From: Candidatus Lernaella stagnicola
GTDB taxonomy: Bacteria > Lernaellota > Lernaellaia > Lernaellales > Lernaellaceae
Assembly (NCBI GenBank): GCA_030765525.1
Contig: JAVCCK010000030.1
Location: 12,488-76,487 of the forward strand
DNA: 64,000 nucleotides
Reading direction: 5' to 3'
The position numbers and the translations under genes were made by a program. Positions 18,695 to 26,010 of this stretch are shown here, one piece after another. Under the pieces are notes generated by a model, which worked only from the letters and a program-made list of their open reading frames with translations, was not told the DNA's origin and made no database searches. Position 1 is the stretch's first letter, and every line of letters begins with the position of its first letter.

Positions 18695-18876
18695 TGTAGA
18701 AACCCTCCTCCAGTTTGTTTCGATTATCCAATGCTGCACAACCTAGTCGCATAAGGTCCCCATGGACACACTCAAATAAACATCGTTCACGAGCTTTTGG
18801 CAAGCGTCTTGAGAAGAATTCATATTACGCCTGGGTGGCGCAGGTGTACGAAAGCGAAAACCTAAAAGATATGTGG

Positions 18877-20127
18877 TTAGCAGCCGCAGAACATGTCGTC
18901 GTCGCCGGACGTGTCGTCATCGCCGGCCGTGTCGTCATCGTCGGCCGCTTCGTCATCGTCGGTCGCGTCGTCGTCGCCGCTCGCGTCGTCGTCGCCCGGA
19001 CCCACGTCGTCGTCGGAGGCATCGTCGTCGGTCGCATCGTCGTCGTCATCACCTCCCAGGTCGGGAAGGCCGGATTCGTCGCCGCGCGCCACAAAGAGCG
19101 GGCTCGGGTGCGCGCCCCGGTAGGCAATCGTCACCACGCCCGCGCTGTCGACGGCCAACGAGCAATCGCGCCCGGCCGCGTCGTCTACTTTGTAGATGTG
19201 CCACCAGCCCTTGTCGTTGAGGTTGGCGTAGAGCAACGCGCCGCTGGCTTCATGAACGAAACAAACGTGCGGATTGCCGTCGCCGTCGAGGGACTGGTCG
19301 AAGGACGTCCCGACGCCGGTGACCATTTGGTCCGTATGCAAATTGTTCCATGTACCGCGCGCGTAGTAGAGCGCGCCTTTGTCTTCGTTGAGGTAAACGA
19401 GGTGGATGCCGCCGGTCGCGTCCACCTGCACGTCGCTATACCTGCCGATTACGTCCCACGATTCGTCGCCGTCGACGAGTTTGAAGTCCCACCCCGCTGT
19501 GTGCCCGCGGGCCAACCACATGGCACGACAGTTGGTATCCGGATAGTACCACGACACGATTGACTGACCGTCCGGCGTCACTGCCAGGCCTAGCGCCTCG
19601 CCGCCGATAGTATAGAGATCGCCACCTACGTATTTCGTGTGTGGACCGATCGCATTCATGTAGGTATAAGCGATCTCTTCAACGTTGGTCTGGACCGACG
19701 CCGTGCGCAACCAGTAGTCCCCGTCGTGCGCGACGGCCAAGCCGGTACCGGTGGGGAATGCTTTATCAATAACTCGGATATTCCAGGAATCGCCGTCCCA
19801 CGCCGCATACCGCACTTTCCCGTCGCCGTCGTCACGATAGGCCATGTGTGGATCATCGGCGGCATCAAAGAAAATCCCGCAGTTCGAACCCACATTGCCG
19901 TCAGCATCGACGGTTTCGGTTTCCCAGGCCGCGCCGGTCCATTCGGCGTAATGGGCCGCGTAATTATCCTTGTTGAGATAACAAATACCGGGGCGGTCGT
20001 CGCTGGTTAGCGCGATTTCGGTAAAATACCCGGTATCGCCTTCTTCGACCGTATCGATCACAAATCCGGCGTGGGCAACCGCTGCCATCGCCAATACAAA
20101 AACTACCGCATAGATCATTCGCTTCAT
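18877..20127 (-). CDS. exported repeat (propeller-like) protein with (DDDxx)n tract and C-terminal CGC
   Basis: GGGAGGA then ATG 20127 (MKRMIYAVVFVLAMAAVAHA). About six repeats of the pattern D..G.PH.AY.D...G.(V/L)(R/Y)YA...G..W....VD. Tail: GGDDDDDATDDDASDDD...DDDTSGDDDMFCGC-stop. Confidence 0.8.
   Translation of the reverse strand: MKRMIYAVVFVLAMAAVAHAGFVIDTVEEGDTGYFTEIALTSDDRPGICYLNKDNYAAHYAEWTGAAWETETVDADGNVGSNCGIFFDAADDPHMAYRDDGDGKVRYAAWDGDSWNIRVIDKAFPTGTGLAVAHDGDYWLRTASVQTNVEEIAYTYMNAIGPHTKYVGGDLYTIGGEALGLAVTPDGQSIVSWYYPDTNCRAMWLARGHTAGWDFKLVDGDESWDVIGRYSDVQVDATGGIHLVYLNEDKGALYYARGTWNNLHTDQMVTGVGTSFDQSLDGDGNPHVCFVHEASGALLYANLNDKGWWHIYKVDDAAGRDCSLAVDSAGVVTIAYRGAHPSPLFVARGDESGLPDLGGDDDDDATDDDASDDDVGPGDDDASGDDDATDDDEAADDDDTAGDDDTSGDDDMFCGC
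18880..19050 (-). repeat. 15-bp-period Asp-codon coding repeat
   Basis: Runs of GTCGTC/ATCGTC with 15-bp periodicity encoding DDD[AT][SGTD] pentads. Confidence 0.9.
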
Positions 20128-20315
20128 CGAATGTCCTCCCATTAGATATTCGTTATCAGGAATATGCCGAAAGATAGAATACGACTGCTCTCAATTCCCG
20201 TAAAGGGAATATTCTATTTTTCAGCAAAAAGTGTCGGGAGATACGGAAATACTTTAAGGGCCTAGTAGATAACCAAAGGGCTAACGTGCCGGTCGGTAAC
20301 TATTTTTCCGAAAAA

Positions 20316-21575
20316 CTAGCAGGCGCAACCGCCGCCGTCGTCGTCGTCGTCATCGTCGCCCGCGGCCGTATCGTCGTCGGTCGCATCGTCGTCAGTCGCA
20401 TCGTCGTCAGTCGCATCGTCGTCGGACGCATCGTCGTCGGACGCATCGTCGTCGGTCGCATCGTCGTCGTCGTCGCCCGTGGTATCGTCGTCGTCATCGC
20501 CGATCGCGCCGCCGTACTGCGGCAAACCCGAAGCGTCGCCCCGCGCCACATAAAGCGTGCTTGGCTTGGCGTCACGGTAGGTCATGGTCACCAAGCCGCT
20601 ATCGTCGACCACCAGCGAACACTCCAACCCGGCGCCGTCGGCCACTCGGTAGGTGCGCCAGCCCGGCGTGTCGCGATAGGCGTAACGCAGCATGTCTTCG
20701 GCGGCGTCGTAATAACAGGCGTGGGGAGTCCCGGCCGCGTCGAGGGTCAAATCGAGAGAGCTGCCCGCGTCGCCGTCACCATCAAGCAACTCGACGGAGA
20801 AATCCGTCCACGTACCCGCCGCATAATACAGCGACCCTTCGGTTTCGTTGTAATAAGCGATGTGAAATTCGTTGCCCTCGAGCGCCAAGGCCAGGTCGGT
20901 ACCCAACTGGTCCGTGGTTTCGTCGCCGTCGATCAACAAAAACTGCCAGGCGTCGTCGTGACCGCGCGTCAGCCAAATATCATTCCATTCCGTTTCGTGA
21001 AACGCGATGTAGGAAACGTCGCCGCTATTGACCGCCAAACCCGTGGCGCGCCCGCCGACGGTTTGCCAATCCGATACATAGGTCGTGTACGCGCCGCCGC
21101 CGTCCATCCAGCTATAGGCCACTTCGACGTAGTCTTCCTGCACCGAGGAGGTCCGCGGCCAGCCCAGGCTGTCGCGCGCCACGCTCAGGCCCAAGCCGGT
21201 GGGCGCGGTGCCATCGAGCGTGATAATCGTCCAGGAGTCGTCGTCCCGATAGGCATAGCGCACGAACTTGTCGCCGTTGTCGCGATAGGCGACGTGCGGC
21301 TCGTTGTCACCGTCGAAAAACACGCCGCAATAGGAGCCGACATCGCCGTCACTATCGATCGTGTCGATATCCCACGCGTCACCGGTCCAGTGGGCGATTT
21401 TGGCTGAGTCGTCGGTTTCGTTGGCGAAGCAAATACCCGGACGCGATAGGCCGTCCAGGGCAATCTCCGGCGTGTAGCCGGTATCGCCGGTTTCGACGGT
21501 TTCAACAGTGAATTCGGCAACCGCGGTCGCGGCAAACGCCACGACGACCACCACGATCAGCAACAAACGGCGCAT
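20316..21575 (-). CDS. exported repeat (propeller-like) protein, paralogue of 18877-20127, with (DDDxx)n tract and C-terminal CAC
   Basis: GGGAGGA then ATG 21575 (MRRLLLIVVVVVAFAATAVAEF). N-terminal alignment with the neighbour is obvious by eye: TVETVETGDTGYTPEIAL...RPGICF...AHWTGDAWDIDTIDSDGDVGSYCGVFFDGDNEPHVAYRD versus IDTVEEGDTGYFTEIAL...RPGICY...AEWTGAAWETETVDADGNVGSNCGIFFDAADDPHMAYRD. Tail: IGDDDDDTTGDDDDDATDDDASDDD...DDDDDDDGGGCAC-stop. Confidence 0.8.
   Translation of the reverse strand: MRRLLLIVVVVVAFAATAVAEFTVETVETGDTGYTPEIALDGLSRPGICFANETDDSAKIAHWTGDAWDIDTIDSDGDVGSYCGVFFDGDNEPHVAYRDNGDKFVRYAYRDDDSWTIITLDGTAPTGLGLSVARDSLGWPRTSSVQEDYVEVAYSWMDGGGAYTTYVSDWQTVGGRATGLAVNSGDVSYIAFHETEWNDIWLTRGHDDAWQFLLIDGDETTDQLGTDLALALEGNEFHIAYYNETEGSLYYAAGTWTDFSVELLDGDGDAGSSLDLTLDAAGTPHACYYDAAEDMLRYAYRDTPGWRTYRVADGAGLECSLVVDDSGLVTMTYRDAKPSTLYVARGDASGLPQYGGAIGDDDDDTTGDDDDDATDDDASDDDASDDDATDDDATDDDATDDDTAAGDDDDDDDGGGCAC
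20319..20498 (-). repeat. 15-bp-period Asp-codon coding repeat
   Basis: Tandem GTCGCATCGTCGTCA/GGACGCATCGTCGTC 15-mers (about 20385-20460) within a longer GAY-rich tract. Confidence 0.9.
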
Positions 21576-21685
21576 CGCATCCTCCCAATGATTTCCCTGT
21601 ACCAGCCACGCGCGCACTTCTCCGGTGACTTCCTGTTAATCATTTCTATCGGCGTGAGGGGCGTCGGACTCAAGGTCCGCCGGAG

Positions 21686-22942
21686 CTAAAAAAGCCACAC
21701 GAAGCAGAAAATCATCTCCAACGACGTTTGCGAATCCACCGCGCAATGCAGACCGTCGGTGATAAACGTCTTCACGTCGGCCATCGGCGGATCTTCGAAG
21801 AACGCCGCGATATCGGCCTCGCTGGAAGGAATCAACGGCGGCAGGCCCAGATCCTCCAGCAGCAGGTTGAAAACGGCCGTGTCGAAGGTTTGATAGGTCA
21901 GTGGATAAGCGTCGATTGGTGTGCTTTGGGCGAACGAGGTGTGCAACTCGTCCAAAACAGCCGTCAGCGACGGCACGAAGTCGTTCAACAAGGCGCTGTA
22001 TTCGGCACCGAGAAAATAGAAAGACTCGCCGTCATCCATTTGCCCGTTACCGTTTTCGTCCAGATAGCCCAGCACGTCGTCTTCTTGCGGATCGGTTTCC
22101 GCGGCGGCCGTGCGCCATACCTGTGAGCCGTACCGCGCCGCGAGTGCAAACGCCACCTGCGCCTCCTGAAGACGCTCAAAACCTTCGGGCAGCGGCAGCA
22201 GGAAGTGCGTTTTTTCGGGATCTTCCAGAATCACCAGCATTGTCACGGCGACTTCTTCCAGCAACTCGGCGATCTCGACCGGCTGCCCGGATATCAGCTT
22301 GCGCAGCGAATTCATCGCCAATAGCGGGCCGATGTCGAAATCCAGATCGATCGATTGCACGAAATCGATGCCGCCCTTCAACGTACACGCGAAGGAGGCA
22401 AACCACAGAGCGTCGGCGGCATCCCATTCACCGCCCAAATTGAGCAACTCTTCGCCCTGCAACGTCAGCGGCAGCGAGGGCACGTTGAGCACGAGGTCCG
22501 GATCGGACGCCGCAAGCTGGGCAGCCGGAACCATCTCATCGATCACGGGACCCATGATGTACTTGATGAAGTGGTGCAACGTATCGCCCAGCGTCGATCC
22601 CGGTTCCAGACCGCCGGGATTGTGCACGGCCTTCGCCAACGCCGGGGTTTCTTCGGCGGTGAAGTCGGCCAGGAAGACCAGCAGGCCGTCGACCAGTTCC
22701 ACCATGGCCTGCGCGTCCGACAGTGCGACGCCCAAGGCAGCGGCCGCGTCCTCGGGCCGTACCTTTTGCGCCCGCACGAAGCTGTCGTGGGCCGTGTCGC
22801 TGTCCCCGTCACCCAGGGCGGCGACGCCGGCGGTCATCAACTCGTCGTAATTCTCCTCGGCCTCGATGCCGTACTCGACAGCGCAGGCAGTGAGAGCCAA
22901 GCAGAAAAACACCACGATAATACCGAAATATAGGCGTTTCAT
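21686..22942 (-). CDS. hypothetical lipoprotein (mostly helical)
   Basis: ATG 22942 and lipobox LALTAC. 418 aa, acidic. Ends in the hydrophobic/aromatic stretch EMIFCFVWLF. No family recognised. Confidence 0.6.
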   Translation of the reverse strand: MKRLYFGIIVVFFCLALTACAVEYGIEAEENYDELMTAGVAALGDGDSDTAHDSFVRAQKVRPEDAAAALGVALSDAQAMVELVDGLLVFLADFTAEETPALAKAVHNPGGLEPGSTLGDTLHHFIKYIMGPVIDEMVPAAQLAASDPDLVLNVPSLPLTLQGEELLNLGGEWDAADALWFASFACTLKGGIDFVQSIDLDFDIGPLLAMNSLRKLISGQPVEIAELLEEVAVTMLVILEDPEKTHFLLPLPEGFERLQEAQVAFALAARYGSQVWRTAAAETDPQEDDVLGYLDENGNGQMDDGESFYFLGAEYSALLNDFVPSLTAVLDELHTSFAQSTPIDAYPLTYQTFDTAVFNLLLEDLGLPPLIPSSEADIAAFFEDPPMADVKTFITDGLHCAVDSQTSLEMIFCFVWLF

Positions 22943-23022
22943 AATCGCTCATCTTAAACGGAAACCATGGGGTGTCAAGCGCTCGGGTTGCGCGCGCCGC
23001 AACCGAAAGGTAGCCTGCATAC

Positions 23023-23412
23023 ATGCGACGCGCAGCCTATTTTTTGGCAACCCTTATCCTGTTCGCCTCGGCGTCTTTGCTTCTGGCCGAAGGTTCGGAG
23101 GGCGAACTGCGCGTGTTTCTGATTCTCTCCCAGCGCAGCGGCCCCGACATGCTCAATAAAGTCATTGCCGACATCGGGCCCACTCAGCCGGTGCAGGAAG
23201 TGTGGGGCCGCAAACAAACGCTCATCAAGAAAGTCGCCGCCGATCACTACGTGCTCGCCGTGCGCAACGTCGAAGCCTGCCATTTCGACAAATGTGTCCC
23301 CTGCCCCGATCAGAGCCGTGACATACACGTGCTCGCCAACCAACGCACGGATGTCATCTTCCGCTTCAAGGCCAAGTACGACCGCGCCGAACATAAGTGG
23401 GTGTGTTACTGA
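23023..23412 (+). CDS. small hypothetical exported protein
   Basis: Signal peptide MRRAAYFLATLILFASASLLLAEG. 129 aa with a CHFDKCVPCP Cys cluster. Coding status rests on the signal peptide and a clean intergenic fit only. Confidence 0.45.
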   Translation: MRRAAYFLATLILFASASLLLAEGSEGELRVFLILSQRSGPDMLNKVIADIGPTQPVQEVWGRKQTLIKKVAADHYVLAVRNVEACHFDKCVPCPDQSRDIHVLANQRTDVIFRFKAKYDRAEHKWVCY

Positions 23413-23424
23413 GCGAAAAACGTC

Positions 23425-26010
23425 TTAAGGCGTATGCCTGGCCACCGTGACCGGCGCGCAGGCGCAGTTTTCCAATAAGCGACCAACCGGGAATTCTTCG
23501 AAATGGCTCGGGGCGAAAACCAGACCGCGCGCCAATCGCGGATTGAAGCGCAACGGCACGTCCAACTCCACGTTATCCCGCCCCACACACACGATGTCGC
23601 CTTCGGCCAATTCCCGGTCCGCCGCATCTTCCGGATGCATCTCGAGCCACGGCGCAGCGCACACCTCGGCGATCGCCGGGGAATACGTTGACAACGTGCC
23701 GTTGTGATAGAGAACCGGCCCGCAAACGAGAATCAGGTCGCCTTCCATCGCTTCGATGGGTTCGGGGATTTTGCCGAAATCGAGTTTGACGTCCTCGTCG
23801 AGTTGCAGCCGCGGCAAGAGCGCGCCGCGTCGTCCGTCGCTTTTCGCCGCCGCCGCCGCTAAATCGGGCACGTCGACCGACACTTTGTCCCACAGTTCCG
23901 CCAGCGTCTCGCCGGCCGGCTCGCCGTCAAGCAAGCGCGCCAATTCGGCCAAGATGCGCCACTCGGTCCACACCCCTTCGGGCGGCTCGACGGCACGGCG
24001 CAGCTTAAGCACCCGCCCCTCCGCCGACACATACGTACCCGAACGCTCGGCGGCCGCGGCCACCGGTAAAAAGAGGTGCGCCTTGCGGGCCGTGGCGGTC
24101 AGGAAGGTGTCGCACGCCACAACGAAGCCGGTCACTTCCATCGCCTTGCCCAGCGGCTCGGCTTTGGCCGCCTGCACCAGCGGGTTGGCCCCAAAGGTGA
24201 TCAGCGCGGACAGACGCCCGGCCATGCCCGCCTCGATGATCCCCTCGTAACCCATACCGGGCTCCTCGGGCAGACGCGGCCAACCCTCCGGAACGTGCTC
24301 GTAGGTCGCCAAACCCGGTCCACGCCCGGGCACCAAGCCCGCCAGCATCGAGCCGTACAGGTTGCTGCGATCGGTCGAGAGCAGCAGGCCTTTGCCGACC
24401 TTGCCCAGCACCATCAGCAAATCGATGGCAAGCCCGCAGATGTCCCGCGCCTGCCGGCCGCTGAGCGCCTGCGCCCCCAGCACAACCACCGGGCGCTCGG
24501 CTGCGGCTAAAATGCCCGCCGCATGCGCGACGGCGTCCAAATCCAACCCCGCCTGTTCGGCCAAGGCTGCGGCGTCCAGGCGGTCCAGCGCCGACTTGAA
24601 CGCGGCGAAGCCCTTGGTGTTCTTGTGAATGAAACGCACGTTCTGCAGCTTGTTTTCGACCAAAGACTTAAGCAGCAACACGAGCAGATTCCGTTGCGCG
24701 CCGGGACGATAAGGCAGTTTCACCGTCGCGAAATCATCCAACTTCGTGGGCACCGGATGCGCTTGGATGAGCCGCGCGTCGTCTTCCCGCACCGCGGCGA
24801 TGACATCCAGGTGCGGCACGGGCATTTCGGCGGCGAGGTCCGAACCGAAAATGAACACCGCGTCGGCGCGACGCAGGTCCGCGAAGGTCGCGGTGGAACC
24901 GGGCCTGCCGAAGCGATCGTGCACGGTCTTCATCGCCTCGCCGTATTCGTCCTGTCCCGAAATCGCCACCCGTCGCGTGCCGATGACGGCGCCGAAGGTG
25001 TACGCGAGCGCGTAGGCGTCTTCGACCGGCAACCGGGACCCGGCGAGCGCGCCGACAGCTTCCGGACCGCCGGTGGCCAGCGCGTGCCGAATGCCCTCGG
25101 CCATCGATTCGAGAGCCTCTTCCCAGGAAAGCGGTACGAGTTCGCCGTCGCGGCGAATCAACGGCGTGGTGGGCCGGTCTTCGCGGCGAAGGATATCCCA
25201 CCCAAAGCGACCGCGAATGCACAGGCGGCCCCAGTTCGTGGTCGTGTCCACGTCGCTGGTGACGCGAAAGACCTTGTTGCGCCGCACGTGCATTTCAATT
25301 TGGCAGCCCGCCCCGCAGTAACCGCAGACGGTCTCAACGGGCTTTAGATCCCACACCCGCGCCGTGTTCTTGAATTGCTTGGTCAGCAACGCGCCGACCG
25401 GGCAGATCGCAACGCACTGACCGCAGAATTCGCAATCGAGCGGTCCGCCATCAAACGTGTTGATGCGCGTGTTGTAGCCACGACCCTCAAAGACATACGC
25501 GCTCACAGCCTGCACTTCGCGGCACACGGCGACGCAACGCCCGCAACGGATGCAGCGCTCGTCGTTACGCTCGATCAGGGGGCTGAGGGTGTCGATCTTC
25601 TGCTCGCCGACGCGCGCCCGATAGGGCACGTTTTCGACGCCAAGCTCGTACGTCAGATCCTGCAACCGGCATTCGCCGGCCTTGTCGCACACCGGGCAAT
25701 CCAGCGGGTGGTTGAGCAAAATGAACTGTAGTTGCGTCTGCCGCATGCGGTGCAGTTCGTCGTCGTAGGTCGTGACGACCATGCCCTCGTTCGCCATCGT
25801 CGTGCATGAGGCGACGGGTTTCTCCAGGCCCTCCACCCGCACGATGCACAGGCGGCAGGAGGCCAGGCGGTGAATCCACGGGTGTTCGCACAACGTTGGG
25901 ACGTGAACGCCCAAACCACGCGCGGCGTCCAGGATCGACGTGCCGTAGGGCACCGTCGTTTCTTGACCGTTGATCGTGAGGGTTACCGTCGCCGGATCGG
26001 TCGTCTTCAT
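23425..26010 (-). CDS. NuoG/formate-dehydrogenase-alpha-like iron-sulfur molybdopterin-fold oxidoreductase subunit (SfrA-like)
   Basis: 2Fe-2S N-domain (TLTINGQETTVPYGTSILDAARGLGVHVPTLCEHP...CRLCIV). NuoG-type HPLDCPVCDKAGECRLQD. Two ferredoxin-type clusters (CIRCGRCVAVC, CEFCGQCVAICP). MopB 4Fe-4S motif CGYCGAGCQIE and GRLCIRGRFGWD. Start ATG 26010 overlaps the upstream stop (ATGA). Confidence 0.85.
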   Translation of the reverse strand: MKTTDPATVTLTINGQETTVPYGTSILDAARGLGVHVPTLCEHPWIHRLASCRLCIVRVEGLEKPVASCTTMANEGMVVTTYDDELHRMRQTQLQFILLNHPLDCPVCDKAGECRLQDLTYELGVENVPYRARVGEQKIDTLSPLIERNDERCIRCGRCVAVCREVQAVSAYVFEGRGYNTRINTFDGGPLDCEFCGQCVAICPVGALLTKQFKNTARVWDLKPVETVCGYCGAGCQIEMHVRRNKVFRVTSDVDTTTNWGRLCIRGRFGWDILRREDRPTTPLIRRDGELVPLSWEEALESMAEGIRHALATGGPEAVGALAGSRLPVEDAYALAYTFGAVIGTRRVAISGQDEYGEAMKTVHDRFGRPGSTATFADLRRADAVFIFGSDLAAEMPVPHLDVIAAVREDDARLIQAHPVPTKLDDFATVKLPYRPGAQRNLLVLLLKSLVENKLQNVRFIHKNTKGFAAFKSALDRLDAAALAEQAGLDLDAVAHAAGILAAAERPVVVLGAQALSGRQARDICGLAIDLLMVLGKVGKGLLLSTDRSNLYGSMLAGLVPGRGPGLATYEHVPEGWPRLPEEPGMGYEGIIEAGMAGRLSALITFGANPLVQAAKAEPLGKAMEVTGFVVACDTFLTATARKAHLFLPVAAAAERSGTYVSAEGRVLKLRRAVEPPEGVWTEWRILAELARLLDGEPAGETLAELWDKVSVDVPDLAAAAAKSDGRRGALLPRLQLDEDVKLDFGKIPEPIEAMEGDLILVCGPVLYHNGTLSTYSPAIAEVCAAPWLEMHPEDAADRELAEGDIVCVGRDNVELDVPLRFNPRLARGLVFAPSHFEEFPVGRLLENCACAPVTVARHTP

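Noticed and set aside
23425-26010. Selenocysteine (in-frame TGA) recoding in the formate-dehydrogenase-like subunit.
   Set aside because: The ORF is uninterrupted over its full length, and no TGA occurs at the position expected for the catalytic residue.
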